In this document: piece by piece, positions 1 through 14,900 of the stretch
Layout: the number at the start of each line of letters is the position of its first letter
Numbering within the stretch: the stretch's first letter is position 1
Assembly (NCBI GenBank): GCA_951406725.2
Contig: OX597819.1
Location: forward strand, 79,732,001-79,796,000
Direction: 5' to 3'
Origin: Octopus vulgaris
Taxonomy: Eukaryota
DNA: 64,000 bases
Notes under the pieces: generated by a model
The model's database searches: none
The model's input: only the letters and a program-made list of their open reading frames with translations
What the model was told of the DNA's origin: nothing
Translations under genes and position numbers: made by a program

Positions 1-485
1 TCTATGAATGTACATGTATGTTTGTGTACGTGTGTCAGTGCGACTGTGTCTAAACATATTTATGCATAAAACAAGCATCTGGAAATGTGTATACATTCGT
101 ATGCCCCCTTGTACATATCTATTACAGTAAAAAATATTATACAGGTCTACACTGAGTGCATGATGGATATATTTACAAATATATTTCAGGACTGCATACA
201 GAAACACATATATATGTGTGTTCGAATCTATCGTTACGCGTGCATCTCGGGACCTGAGTTAGTTTATTGTTATATAACCTATAATGTAATGCCCTTTGAT
301 CATATATGCTATATAATTGTCAATTCTGTGTATATCCTTATAACTTTGTAATAAGTGTGAAACACGATAATTGCGTTTGCGTATAATATTGTCTGATATA
401 TTTCGTATATATATATTCTGATTTTAAGCACTGCGTATAGCAACCTATATAACATGTATATATAGGTGTACATATACACGCGTAC

Positions 486-487
<2 letters not shown>

Positions 488-577
<90 letters not shown>

Positions 578-907
578 GTATGTATATATATATATATATA
601 TGTATATATATAAATATGTGTATGTGTGTATATATACATACACATACACATGCATATACATATATATATATATAAACATGTATATGTATGTATATAAGTG
701 TGTATGTGTATATATATAGACACATATATACTTATACAGAGGCGCATGCACACACACACAACACACACGTACACACACCCACCCACACCCACACCCACAC
801 CCACACACAGGCACACACACACACACACACATATATATATACTCAGACAGTATATATATATATGCGAATGAGACAGAGAGATTAATAGATAGATATATAA
901 ATAGTTT

Positions 908-983
<76 letters not shown>

Positions 984-994
984 GATAGATAGAT
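488..994. repeat. Compound microsatellite block: (TA)n, (CA)n, (GATA)n
   Basis: Pure (TA)n ~488-560, CA-rich ~745-830, (GATA)n ~908-994 read directly; source of the IYIY/YLSI pseudo-ORFs. Confidence 0.95.
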
Positions 995-1309
995 ACCCAG
1001 AAGCCCATACATATCTTACGTTAAAATTATTTGCCATATCATTTCAAAGAGGCCCCATTAAGCAGATTAAAGGGAGATCATCACCTAGATCTTTTAAGTA
1101 ATAGCCATACTGATTATTTTGCATTAGGTTGGAAACTTCAGTGATATACCCCCTATTACATTCGTCTTATTGAGTAGATATGGCAGTAGTTATAGATAAA
1201 GAAGCGATTGATTTAGTGCCCGGTATGAATGTGCCATCATTGATGGTTTTCATCACATATGATGCATTGCTGGCTGGGTTCATTAGCGGAGTTTATATAC
1301 GCTCACACA

Positions 1310-1444
<135 letters not shown>

Positions 1445-1514
1445 GTGTGTATGTGTATACATACATATATACATATATAAATTACATGTATATATATCTA
1501 CATACATATGTATG

Positions 1515-1557
<43 letters not shown>

Positions 1558-1953
1558 CATATATGTCGCTTCAAATACATCCCTTGCCGTATGTAGTTGC
1601 GTAGTCTTGCATCTAAATTTCATATTAACACCGCGCTTTCAATATTTCCGTTTTCTTCTACCACTGTTTCGATTAAGAATAAAATGAAGAGCTATATATT
1701 GGCAGTTACTACTCAAATTTGTAAGTTTTTTTTTCTCTGTGTTCAGGCTTACCATTAATATATTTAAAGCGAATTCGTTAGAGCTTCGGGTAAGATATCT
1801 TGTTCTATTGTTTCTGGTTTTTCTTTCCGTGTTCAAATACGACTGAATTTACGTTACCTTTTATCATTCCGATGTCGATAAAGTAAGATGTTTGGGAAGG
1901 TGGGGCATCTTCTGTAAATTTTAGGTCTTGACCTATGCTAGAAAATATTGTTA

Positions 1954-2002
<49 letters not shown>

Positions 2003-2003
<1 letters not shown>

Positions 2004-4090
2004 GTGACTGAGAGAGCAGTGCATGCCATCAAAGTGACGCTGGGGTAAAATATGCGAAGCCCAGTATACCCATCATGACTACCCGTCTGACAAGGGTACA
2101 CTAGGCACATGCATCACAACCATATGTGCGCGACATGGTGATCTCATATCAAGATAAAAAGCGCATGATCTTACAGGTGGGGCGCAGTTAGAATTTTCTT
2201 CTGGTCGAGTAGCCCATCCCGCTCAAAAGGTCCCTGAATAAGGATTGTTTAAGGATGTTGAACGAAACACCCATGTTTCCGAAGGTAAATTATCCAAACC
2301 TCAAAGAATTCCTTTCAACCCACGGATATGATGCTCCCCCACTACTTCTGCTCATGATCAGAGAAGCACATATCGTCAGCCACTAAGGGACATGGTCAAC
2401 TGGCTAAGGTCAAACAACTGACAAGCAAATCTGTGGTATTGAGCAGAATATTTGCTGTAGCCCATCTTTTATACCAAGACATAACAATGTACATGATAAC
2501 ACTTCCAATCAGTTAAGATCAGAAGCCATTGAGAGCCACTGACTGGTACTGCATCAGGGCATTTATTATTATTATTATTATTACTTTTTTTTTCTTCTTT
2601 CAAATTTGCTTCCATTTCTTGCCGAGTGTCTTCCTGACTCCTAGGGCAAAGAAACTCATAGTATACATTGGTAGGCCATTAAACCAAACTCAGTAGTTCG
2701 TTCATTTTTTTTTTTTTTTAAGTTAAATTAAAATACATGAGCAGCAACAGTTCTCACATCAACAATGCTCTTCTCAATACGTGTGATGTACCAGTTAAGA
2801 CAATCTTTTGCACTTCTTGCAGGGATGGTAAGCCAGGGATCATTCTCATATAATTTTCGGTTCCCTTCTTGATCATTCCTAGTGCTCCTACGATCACTGG
2901 TATTGTAACCGCCTTGAGATGCCACATTTTCTCAATTTCAATGAGTAGGTCTTTATATTTTCTGAGCTTGTCAAACTCTTTCGCTGAGATATTATGATCA
3001 CAGGGGATGCTCATGTCGATTAATAAGCAAACTTTATTGTTTTAGTCTTTCACAACAATATCTGGTTTATTGGCCTTGATGGTTCGGTCTGTATGTACTG
3101 GAAAGTCCCACAGAATGGTTACATTTTCTCCTTCAGTTACAGCCTCAGGGTGTATACCACTTGTCGGCAGTTTTGATATTGCAATGCCGACTTATTAGCC
3201 AGTGTAGATATTGGCCAACTCTGTCATGTCTTAATTTATACTCCACTGGTGCTAAGACTTTACATCCAGAGAATAGGTGGTCCACTGTTTCAATCATGTC
3301 GTTGCAGAATCGGCATTTTGGGTCTGCTCCATTTTTCATCACATTGGCCTGGTAGTTCCGGGTTAATAGGCTTTGATCTTGAGCAGCCAGGATGAAACCT
3401 TCGCTCTCTGCTTTTAGCCCTGAGCTCCGTAGCCACTGATGGATTTGCTTCTGGTCAACATCAGCTTGTTTGCTGCGGGACACATATTTGCCGTGCAGAG
3501 GTTTCTCCTCCCAACTATCAGCCAATTGCTCGTGCGCTTTTTTCATTGCCATCATTTTCACCTTCTTTGCAACAATAGTTGCCGTACTTCCCTCGGGTTG
3601 TTCAGTTTGGGTATCCTGCACGAGATCAATAGCAAATTTTTTGCTTTCCTTTATGATAGAATGAAGCTTCTTTCGTCTCTCGTGATTTTCCACGAGCTTT
3701 AGCATCCAGTCATTCGATATTTCGAGATATTTGGCCAGTCCAATTGTGGTTGTTTTGTAAGCTAGTTCAAATTGGATCAGGCCTCGACCTCCTTGGGCTC
3801 TGGGAAGGTAAAGGCGATCTACGTCTGCCTTTGGGTGGTGCATCCTATTACAACTCAGCAGCTTGCGTATTTTTCTATCTATATTCTTTACTTCACTCAT
3901 ATTCCAGTTCAACACATTGTAGCTATAAGTAACAACTGGAACTGCTAATGAATTTATAGCTAACACCTTGTTACGTGCATTTAGTTCAGATTTCAGGACT
4001 GCACGAACTCTCCTATAACATTCCTTCCTGATTTTCTCTTTCATGCTTGCATGCTGAATACCAGAGCCTTCATTTATCCCTAAATATATA

Positions 4091-4093
<3 letters not shown>
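2003..4093 (-). mobile_element. 5'-truncated R4/Dong-clade non-LTR retrotransposon inserted in (TAA)n
   Basis: Minus-strand RT thumb (YLG...RLYLPRAQGGRGL), CCHC knuckle (CRFC..DHLFSGC), RHD motif and restriction-like endonuclease (ILWDF..KPDIVV..LIDMSIP..KEFDKLRKY); flanked by (ATT)n at 1955-2002 and 4094-4180, the known Dong target; an internal (ATT)n at 2563-2583 splits the 3' region. Confidence 0.88.
2754..4093 (-). pseudogene. R4/Dong ORF remnant (RT C-terminus + CCHC + RLE endonuclease)
   Basis: ORF-track pieces 3145..4242 and 2754..3014 join through one frameshift near 3150 and one nonsense codon near 3043; the poly-N N-terminus of the track ORF is flanking (TAA)n. Confidence 0.88.
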
Positions 4094-4181
<88 letters not shown>

Positions 4182-4189
4182 CGTTACGT

Positions 4190-4410
4190 AAGCCTTGAGC
4201 TAGCAGAAACGTTAGCCAGCCGAACAAAACGTTTAACGGCATTTCGTCCGTCTTTACTTTCTGAGTTCAAATGCCGCCATGGTCGACTTTACCTTTAATC
4301 TCTTCGGGGTCGATAAAACAAGTACTAGTTGTGGATTTGGGTCGATGTAATCGACTATCTCCCTCCCCCAACTTCCAGGCCTTGTGCCTATAGTAGAAAC
4401 GATTATTGTT
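4190..4410 (+). mobile_element. SINE-like family B (core TTCTGAGTTCAAAT..GGTCGACTTT.CCTTT..TC.TTCGGGGTCGATAAAA)
   Basis: Same sequence recurs at 4503-4602(+), ~45880-46040(+), 48670-49345(-), 55515-55975(+); B-box-like GAGTTCAAAT; ends in (ATT)n. Confidence 0.75.
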
Positions 4411-4411
4411 A

Positions 4412-4490
<79 letters not shown>

Positions 4491-5039
4491 TATTAATGTA
4501 TAAGCCGGTGAGCTGGCAGAATCATTACCAAACCGTACAAAATGTTTTGCGGCATTTTATCCATCTTTACGATTTGAGTTCAAATTCCACCGAGTTCGAC
4601 ATTTGTTCGAGGCTCTGTCAATTCTGCTAACTGCCTTCTTCGCAACAGCAGCAATATTAACTGAATTTATAGTCTTTAGTAATCTTGTCACAATAATTTC
4701 AATCGTGGAGGAATCTACTGCTGAAGTACCAAGACCACCGATTCTCTTTGCTCTAAATGTCGAGCGTTTGTGTTCATTTATGAGAAATCAATATTATAGT
4801 TTTAGATAAATACTATACATGCAACCATGTTGTTCCGATGATGTGAAGAGCTAACTTTCTTTATTGCATTAATTTGTTAGCATACAGTTGTATTCTATAA
4901 AAACATTTATTCTACATAAACACGTACGTATAATTTCTTGCATACTGAAATTATATGGAAAAGGTAGCGAAACGGCTGTACTCCTATGGAAGTCACGTGG
5001 ATAAATGAATATATGATCACCTCCTAAATCTCTTTTCCT

Positions 5040-5380
5040 TAAGTGCTGACCGAAGCTCTATGAGTGTATGTGGTAGACGGAAACTGATAGAAGCCAGTCG
5101 TATATCTGTATCTATGTTTATACATACATACAAACATACATACATGTCTGTATGTGTGTGTGTGTGTCGTTGGTTTATTCTTGTCCCCCTACAACCGCTT
5201 GACCTGGTGCTGGTGTGTATACGTCCCCGTAACTTAGCAGTTTCACCATAAGAGACCGATAGAATAACTACCAGGCTTTTGAAATATAAGTACAGGGTCG
5301 ATGCATTCCACATTAAATTCTCCAATACACTGCCCCAGCATGACCGCAATCCTGAAACCGAGACAAGTAAAAAATAAAGA
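5040..5380 (+). mobile_element. tRNA-derived SINE family A, 5'-truncated
   Basis: Matches body and tail of the full-length copy at 59026-59440 (GGTAGACGGAAACTGA..., CCCCGTAACTTAGC..., CCCAGCATGACCGCA). Confidence 0.8.
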
Positions 5381-5795
5381 TGAACGATATCACATTGCAC
5401 CATAAAGCAACATTTTCCCTTGATTTTTTTTAATTAGAAATTTATTTGCAATGTCGGACACTTTAGAGGAGATCAAAGTTACAATAGTTTAAAACATAAC
5501 TCATAATTTCATTGGTATACATTTTGTTTATGCAGAAAGATTGAAAGCAAAATGGACTCACAATTGAGATTGATCTCCTACGGTTAAAACTCAGAAATAA
5601 CTGCTGTAAAGAATGCGTGTTGATGTCACTCTACAATCCACAACTCTAACAAAATAAACGCAATAATGGCGATATGAAGAATATCAACGGCAATAGGAAA
5701 AAAAATATAAGCGTAAATCAAAGCAACATCTTAACCATAATCGTCATAACAAACCAAAGTAACAAGATCAAAAACAATAACAAAAACAATAAAAC

Positions 5796-5796
<1 letters not shown>

Positions 5797-5828
<32 letters not shown>

Positions 5829-5887
5829 TAATAATAATAACAATAATAATAATGACAATGATGATGATGATGATGATGATGATGATT

Positions 5888-5944
<57 letters not shown>

Positions 5945-5990
5945 ATGATGATGATGATGATCAGGAGGAGGATGATAATAATAATAATGA
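5797..5990. repeat. (AAT)n/(GAT)n trinucleotide tract
   Basis: Read directly; gives poly-N/poly-D pseudo-ORF. Confidence 0.9.
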
Positions 5991-6154
5991 TATTAATAAT
6001 GTAGACGCTTGCGTCCATCTCGTTTCTTTCCCTTTTTATTCCGACCATTAATTTAACTATTCAATTAATGTCAGATGTTTCGTTTCTATTTCGGAAACTC
6101 AATGGAGTGTATTTTAATAGTAAAGCTGAGCAGTCAGTGAAACACACACACTCT

Positions 6155-6255
<101 letters not shown>

Positions 6256-7075
6256 CGACAGATATATATCTACATATATATACATATATATACACGCATC
6301 AATATATATACATATATATACATACATACATACATACATACATACATACATACATACATACATACTTATATATATATATATATACATGCATATATTCACA
6401 TATGCATATTCACATAAGATTTATGCAAATCTCATTATGTATATTTATCAATGCGTTTACACATAAAATTATATATGTGAGCAATTGTATGTATACGGTT
6501 ACATACATATATATTTGTGTATATATATATGTGTGTGTGTGTGTGCGCGCGCCCGCTTGCGTACACACACATACGCATACATATATATGTGTGTGTGCGT
6601 GTGTACACACACACACACATAGCGAAACGCACAAACTTTGTCGACAAACTGTCGAGCCATTCTCGTCTCAAGTTTTCCTTTTAGTCATTTCATAAAAATT
6701 GCTTATACACACACATTTCTTCGCGCCATTATATATTTGTAATCGTTTTATATATGCATTTGTACTTATATAAGCGCTATCATATATTCCTGTCTTTCTG
6801 ATTTTCTCTTCGTTTTCTTAAACTCTCTTCGTAAGTTGCTTTTTCTTTTTTTCATTTTCAGGCTGATATTTGTTGTTTTTGGATTTTCGCTTCTATTTTG
6901 TGTTGAAGTGATTCGCTTCAATAGTCTCAAGCGGTGCTTTAAAAAAAAGAAAGTTCAGCTGCTCTGTCCGCCATTTACATGAAGACTTTCGAGGAAAATG
7001 TCGGCGGCCACGAATTGCAGACAAGCAAGGTGAATGTTTGATGGGGTAGTGGTGTTGGCGACGTGGGTCAAAATT

Positions 7076-7147
<72 letters not shown>

Positions 7148-7516
7148 ATATATAGATGTATATGTATGCATGTATATATATATGTATATGCATATATATA
7201 TATATATATATATATATGCATGTATATGCGTATGTTTGTGTGTATGTGTGTTTACTTATACAGGAGTTGTGTGTTCGTTTGAGTGTATTTGTGAATGTGG
7301 GCATACATTTATGTGTAGATATGCTCGTGTGTGTATATGTGTGCGTGTGTGTGTGTACATTTACATGTAAAAATATATACATATATATATATATATATAT
7401 ACACAACACAGATACACACACGCGCACACACACAACCACATACACACACACATATATTCATAAGTGTTGGTAGATAGACAGATAGATAGAGAGATAAATA
7501 GATAGACAGATAGATG

Positions 7517-7582
<66 letters not shown>

Positions 7583-7667
7583 CATGTAGTTATATATATC
7601 CGTAAGAAGTTACGTTGATGCTTATGTATTTTAGTTTGAATACGACCATGTGTGAGTGTGAGTGCGC

Positions 7668-7717
<50 letters not shown>

Positions 7718-8260
7718 TCGTGCGCTTGTGTGCATGTGTTTGGTCGCCTATGTATTCGAGGATATAGGTGTGTGCTTCTTCCAGGCTGGAGACAAATTGT
7801 GGAAGCGAAGATAAGATAATCTATGATACTTAATGGTAAGTCGTTTTCTTACGATTATTAGTTTATTGGTCATGTTATTGGCGTTACTATCATTGTTGTT
7901 GTTTTTGGTTGTTTTTGTGTGGCGGTAATGGTGGCGGTGATGGTAATTGTGATGGTGGTGGCAGCTGTGACGGTGGTAGTGGTGGTGGTGGTCGTCGTCG
8001 TCGTGTTCGTGGTAGCGGTTGCTGGTGTTGATATCTACGATAGTGTTGGCAATATGACAGTTAAGAAGGTTCTGGGGAAAATCAGAGATTCGCAAATGGC
8101 CGTTCCAAGGCAAGCGTAACTTAAAACGAACCGGAGGGTGAAATGTCAGCAACAAACACACTAAATTTGCAGTCGGACACTACCTCTCCTTCTTTCCCTC
8201 GCCTTCTTCTTCTTTAATATTCTCTCCCTCAGTCACTGTCTGTCTGTCTATCTATCTGTC

Positions 8261-8313
<53 letters not shown>

Positions 8314-8644
8314 ACTGTGTATGTCTTTATCACTTTCACTACCTTCATCTCACTGTGTCTCCTTTGCTCTTCTATTCCGCTCTTTACTTTCTTTTTTCAT
8401 TCTTTTTCACTTTTCTCTTCCTTCTTGCATTCATTTTTCTTTCGATTTTTCACACCGATTAATGAACACAGACATACCTACATACCATGTGTGTGTGTGT
8501 GTGTGTATCTGTATGCATTATATACATATATATATATGTAACTATATGTATGTATATATAAATATATATATATCGTCGTCATATGTTTACAAATATATAC
8601 GTGTGTATGTGTGTGTTTGTGTGCGTAGGTGATATACAGATACA

Positions 8645-8762
<118 letters not shown>

Positions 8763-9205
8763 CATATATATATATACATATATACATATATATATTTGTT
8801 CTCTTATATATACATACGCACACATATACTCTTTTACTCGTTTCAATCATTTGACTGCGGTCATGCTGGAGCACCGCCTTATTCTATCAATCTAATTTGC
8901 TGAACAACTAAGTTACAGGGACACAACAACATCGGCTGACAAACGAGGATGGGGTGGGTGGGGGAAACACAGACACATAAATATATACACACACACTCAC
9001 ATATATATACATATAATTTTGTAATTATGTAATTTTGGTAAATATATCTGTTAAAATGAGATATCAGTGGTATTTACATATATATATATGTGTGTGTGTG
9101 TCTGTGTGTATATATATACACTACACCGCATGCATATAGGCCGGTGTATATGATGCATATTAACTTATAAACACAGTTTCGTTACTTATCAGAATACGCG
9201 CGCGT

Positions 9206-9241
<36 letters not shown>

Positions 9242-9479
9242 GCACACACAAACATATACACGATTTAGCATAGAAGAACCCGTATATTTGTATGAATGAG
9301 TCTACATCTTTACGTTGACCTACCTCCTTTAATTCTGTGTTATATTCCTACACCATTAGAACAGTTTAGCTTTATTTCTAGCAATGTAGGTGTTTTTTAT
9401 CACCCTAGTCACATTTAGTGACATATATATATATGTGTGTGTGTTTGTTTGTGCGTGTGTGTATGTTTGTGTGTGTGTA

Positions 9480-10750
9480 CATGCTGCGATGGGTAAATTT
9501 TCGCCATTATATACCTTTAATTTTGCGCATGCGCATGGTTCGATTTTGATTTTGTCGACCACACAGTATAGAAAGCGTTAGTTGGGTACCATCTGTGAGA
9601 AAAAACAGTACCATGACGCAATTCACTCTGCCAGAAATTTGGAAACGACAAGCTATACTGTTTGGCATTCGCACCGGAAGCTCCAATACGAACGTCTCAG
9701 AGTATTTGGGTGTCAAACTGAGGACACTGCAGAGAATTCGGAAGGGGTTAGAATAGTCTAATGGTGATTTGAAGGAACGGCAGCTCGTGCACTCACTCTG
9801 ATCGTTCTGATAAGAAAAGAAATCCTGAGTTTGTGGGTGAGATCCAGGCCATGACTGACAACGATCCCTCCAAATCAACCAGGCCCGTCATCAGGGACAT
9901 CGGAGTGTCTGAGATTCTTATCAGGCGTGTATTGCATGAAGACATTCGGTATACATCATACAAGATGAGAAAGGGCCAATTTCTATCCCAAGCCATCATG
10001 AACAAGAGGAAAGACAGCGCTACGAAGCTTTTGAACAAGCTCAAGCAGCCCCTGCAACTAAAACAGGCTTTGGTCTTTCTCAGACGAGAAAACTTTCCGC
10101 CAGGATCAGATGGTGAACACACAGAACAACCGTTGGTTTGTTGTGTCCCCAAAACATGTACCGAGAGTGATAAAAGTCAAACACCCAGTCAACATCATGG
10201 TGTTTTGAGTGATCACTAGTGATGGCAACGTTATGCCTCTATTCATCTTACCACACGGCCTCACAATACGGATGCCAACATCAAGTGCCCGGAGGAGGTA
10301 GTGCTGCCCTGGGTTAAGTGGGTGACTGCTGGAAGATCTTATGTCTGGCAACAGGACTCTGTACCATGCCACACAAGCTGGAGAACCAAGTCATAGCTGT
10401 CAGACAATTTCTGCGACCAAATCACTCGAAACATTTAACCACCTAACTCCCCAGACTGCAATTATTATGTGTGAGGCGCACTTGAGCGAGAGACCAACAA
10501 AACTCCTCGTGGCACCAAAGATGACTGAAGGCAAGGATCATGACAGCATTCACCAACTTAAACTAGGAGTCCGTCTAGAAGACCTGCAAGAGATTCCGAA
10601 GTCGTCTAGAGGCCGTGATTGAAACCAATGTCGATTTTCTTGAATAAATCTACTCTTTCGTATTTCAAGATATTTTTATGCAATTTTGGTAAAGATATCT
10701 GTTAAAATGAGATGTCAGTGTTATTTTCATGTTTGCGTAATTTCGACGCA
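9480..10750 (+). mobile_element. Degenerate Tc1/mariner transposon (maT/DD37D-like)
   Basis: Fragmented transposase: HTH region (IRDIGVSEILIRRVLHEDI), FSDEK at ~10078, NTQNNRW, YVWQQDSVPCH at ~10340, PNSPDCN at ~10442; stops and frameshifts; starts after a TA. Confidence 0.85.
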
Positions 10751-11308
10751 CACGCAACATGTGCACGCACACAAACACGTACGCATAAATATAAACAGTT
10801 GCCGTTAGGTTTTGATATAATTCTCAGATTAACAGGGATATTTTAATTAAGGAAATTTTGTGTATGGTTTGTGTATGTTAACTAAATTATGCAAATTAAT
10901 GCCACTGGCACATACTGTCTTTTTATTACTTTTTGCTTAAATTTTTTGCCAAACAGCATTGTCCAAAGACTTTTTGTAATATACCGATTTCTAGATGCAA
11001 ATCTCTTCTAAACTTTGACTGTCTTATATTGACGTAACTGAAGGAAATGTATTTTCCTTAGACTTGAAGTATATATCGGGCTATTCTTTGCTTAAGCCTC
11101 TAAATTGAGAAATTAATTATTAAACTTGAGAAATTAATAATTAATTCCCTGTAATAATCTTCTCTTTTCTTTGGGAGTTACTAGATAATCTTTTTCACTT
11201 TTCGTTCTCCTACTCAGAAAGAAATTTCAATTCTTTTTTTTCCCCTTATTTCTGTACTTTTTACTTAACTATATACATACGGGTATATATATATTTTTTT
11301 CTTTCATA

Positions 11309-11717
11309 TTCTTTTACTTGTTTCACCAATTTGACTGTGGCCATGCTGGAGCACTGCCTTTACTTGAACAAATTGACTCCAGGACTTATTCTTTGGAAGT
11401 CTAGTACTTATTCTATCGATCTCTTCTGCCGAACCGCCACGTTACGGGAACATAAACACAACCGCATCGGTTGTCAAGCGATGTTGTGTGTGTGTGGGGG
11501 GGGGTGCAAACACAGACACACATACATATACACACACATACATATATATATATACATATATACGACGGGCTTCTTTCAGTTTCCGTCTAGCAAATCCACT
11601 CAGAAGGCTTTGGTCGGCTCGAGGCTATAGAAAACACTTGCCCAAGATGCCACGCAGTGGGACTGAATCCCGAACCATGTGGTTATTAAGCAAGCTACTT
11701 ATCACACAGCCAATCCT
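11309..11717 (-). mobile_element. tRNA-derived SINE family A, near full length
   Basis: Head (GGCTGTGTGATAAG..GGTTCGGGATTCAGTCCC), CORE-like CTTGGGCAAGTG, internal (TA)/(TG) tract and tail all present. Confidence 0.85.
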
Positions 11718-11744
11718 ATATGTTTTTTTTTTCGAAATCTGAGA

Positions 11745-12110
11745 GCTCGCTTTAAAACCATGTGGTTTTGTCTCCAGTCCCATTGAACGGCAACTTAGGC
11801 ATGTGTCTTCTATTGTAGCACTGAGTCGACCAATGCTTTCAGAGTAAAGATGTTAGACGGGAACATTGTTGAACCTCGTTGTATATATATATATATATAT
11901 CTACGAATGTGTGTGTGTGTGTGTCTTTGTATTTCTGTTTACCTCTCACCCAATTTGACAACTCTGTTGGCTTGTTTACGCCCTTGTAACTTACCAGCTC
12001 GGCAAGAAACCGATAGAATAAGAACCAGAATTAAATAGAGTAAGCACTAAAACCTTCCAAGACGATGCTTCAAACATGGCATAGTCCAATGATTGAAGGA
12101 AATAAAGATT
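11745..12110 (+). mobile_element. tRNA-derived SINE family A, diverged copy head-to-head with the previous one
   Basis: Degenerate matches to all blocks of family A. Confidence 0.7.
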
Positions 12111-12873
12111 TATTAAAGATACGCACACATGCGTATGCGTGCGTTCGTTAGTGTGTGTGTGTGTATGTGTGTGTATGTGTATGCGTATGTGTGTGTGTAT
12201 GTGTGTGTTTGTGTTTGTGTATGTGTGTGTGTGTGTGATTTGTCCAAACTAGAGACTTAGCTGCTGAACTTCCTAACAAGGGCAGTTTCACATTCTTTTA
12301 TTCACTCGATGCCAAGAACATTAACTCTGTCAACCGTCGCTCATTCGATCTTGCCATTCCACCATTTTCCAGTTACAAATTTACAAAAATGTGCGTACTT
12401 CTGTTCGTTTGCGCATGCGCACCACTGACCAAGGTTTGTGTGGAACACTTGTAGCCGGCCATTTATGCAATTCTTACCCCGTTTCCACGACACCGATGTT
12501 TATCCGAAGAAAAAAAAAAACAGTCGACTTGCACGATTTTACATTGCACCAGTTTTGCCGAGAGTGTTTCTACCAGAATGCAAAGAGCTGGAACAATTAC
12601 CACAAAGGAATTTTGTCCAGTCTGCTAATAGTGCCATCAGTCTGCTATTTCTGGATTGGTACTATACAGTTCAAATGACTACGTAAGGACTCTGGTCCTG
12701 GTAATAATAATAGTAATTCCTGGTAGGAATAATAGTAAAGACGCAGATTACTCAGTGGTGGTGGCAGTGGTTGTGATGATGATAGTGATGGTGGTTACGA
12801 TTGTTCTTGAGAAGTCGTTAGATGTTGTAAACCGTTTACAATGTTGTTTCGTCCCAGGTCAGATGGGACTGGC

Positions 12874-13235
12874 AAACCCATGACCATCACATCGAATTGT
12901 TTGTTGTTCAATATGGCCTTCCTCTTTCGAAGACGTTAAGCAGAGAGTAATTTCAAGGAGATTTGGGACTCAGGAAACCCATGACCCTTACATCGAATTG
13001 TATGTTGTCCAATGTGGCCTTCTTCTTTCGAAGACGTTAAGCAGAGAGTAATTTCAAGGAGATTTGGGACTCAGGAGACTCATGACCATCACATCGAATT
13101 GTATATTGTCCAATGTGGCCTTTCTCTTTCGAAGACGTTAGACAAACCCTTGACCATCACATCGAATTGAATGTTGTCCAATATGGCCTTCATCTTTCGA
13201 AGACGTTTGGCGGGGAGTAATTTCAAGGAGATTTA
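12874..13235. repeat. Tandem repeat, ~101-bp unit, about 3.5 copies
   Basis: AAACCCATGACC..ACATCGAATTG..TCTTTCGAAGACGTT units start at ~12874, 12975, 13076 (shortened) and 13144. Confidence 0.9.
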
Positions 13236-14098
13236 GTTGCTGTATTTAGCCGAATAGAAGCTTTTTTTGTTGGTTCGATGTTGGCGGTAGTAATGATAAT
13301 ATTGATGATTATAGTGTTATTGATGGCTATTGATTATGTCTGTCTTAGTGGGTGGGCATAGAAAATTGAGGTTATCATTGTTGATAGTTACAATTATTTT
13401 TTGTTCGGTTATATTTTTGTCGAAGGTGGTGGTTATGGTGCAACTCTAAATGTTGTCGTTGTCAATGTTTTATTTTTAGTGGTGGTGGTCGTGGTAGTGA
13501 ATGGAATGATACTAGATATATTGTTGTTGTTGGTGGTGGTGGTAGTGGTGATGAGGTCAGTGGCAGTGGTGTTGGTGTATGTTGCGATGGTGGTACTGGG
13601 TTTGATGTTGGCGGTGGTAGTGACATGTGATAATGTCGGTGGCGAGTGATGGGGTTTGGTGGAGGTATTAAGGATGTTTGTTGTTGGTGTTTTTGTCACG
13701 GTGTTGGTTGTGTTGGCGAGTAATGTTTGTGGTAGTGAAGATATCATTTGCCTGTAGGAGATGGTGTACGAGGCGGTGCAAATGATAGCTATAGTTGTTG
13801 TAGTAGTGGTTGTTGTTATGGTAGTGGTGCTGGTAGAGAATTTGCAGTTGATGTTGGTGGCAGTAGTGGCGGTGCTAATAGTAGTAATGGTGTGGCGATG
13901 TTGATCATAATGGTATTGGTGGTAGCAGTGATGGTTATCTTGTGGATGGTGCTTGCGATGGTGTTGTAGTGATGCTGTTGTTGGTGGTAGTGGTGGTGTT
14001 GATGATGCCTTCAGCTAAAAGAAAATATTCCATTAATGAATTTGGCAGCAATGTCTTTCAAAGCGATAAAAGGTATGATAAAAAACAAACAGTAATAG

Positions 14099-14251
<153 letters not shown>

Positions 14252-14531
14252 CACATATATATATATATATATAAAACACGTCTGAATTGTTAAAATATTC
14301 TAATAGTCATACCTAGCGGTGTAATAAGCCATGAGCTCTGTTTCTCTGGGACTCAACAACAATCTGATTGACACGAAGATGTGACCGATTGTTACCCTTA
14401 TCTATATTACAGCTAAAGTTTAATTTGTACTCTAGTTGTTTGTATTATATTAATCTCTGAAGTTGGCAGCAGACCAAACATTGGTCGACTTAATCGGTCT
14501 CCCGGTTTAAAAGCAATAACATGATTCAGAC

Positions 14532-14900
14532 CAGTGGCTGGTTCTCAACCATTTTTTTGTTAATGTTTGGACCCCTTTGCTTACTATTTTATTCTCGTGG
14601 ACCCCTATAGTCATTTAGTGTTTAAAAGCTAATTTTATAGAGAATTCTTTCAAAATTCCTATTTCTTTTTTCACATGTTCACTTGCATAGATTTGCAATA
14701 GAATTCTTTGATAGAACTACTTAAAGCTTTGGAGAAAGGAACCTAGCTATTTCTTGTGATAAATACATCTAAAGTAAATTATTTTTCACGAACCTTTATA
14801 ACACTACTATGAATTCCCAGTTTACTATTTTTGCCTGCGTGGAAGCCACAAATTTATATTGAACCCCAGGTTCCATATGGACTCCGCTTAAGAACCGCTG
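14532..14900. mobile_element. hAT-like MITE
   Basis: Imperfect TIRs CAGTGG(CTG)GTTCTCAAC / GCTTAAGAACCGCTG, subterminal GGACCCC motifs, related 8-bp flanks ATTCAGAC / ACATAGAC. Confidence 0.6.

Noticed and set aside
2545-2562. CTGATG at the start of the 560-bp Dong-associated module (minus strand)
   Set aside because: Next base is C and there is no downstream helix II/GAAA.
4610-4780. Minus-strand open frame with IGGLG, like a non-LTR RT thumb
   Set aside because: Single short motif; not enough to call.
7785-7835. 51-bp exon-like segment (CTTCTTCCAG| ... ATG|GTAAGT)
   Set aside because: Stop codons in all three frames and no partner exons; a non-coding or start-codon exon cannot be supported without transcripts.
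12874-13235. Repeat array considered as CRISPR-like
   Set aside because: Whole units are repeated with no unique spacers; eukaryotic context, no cas genes.
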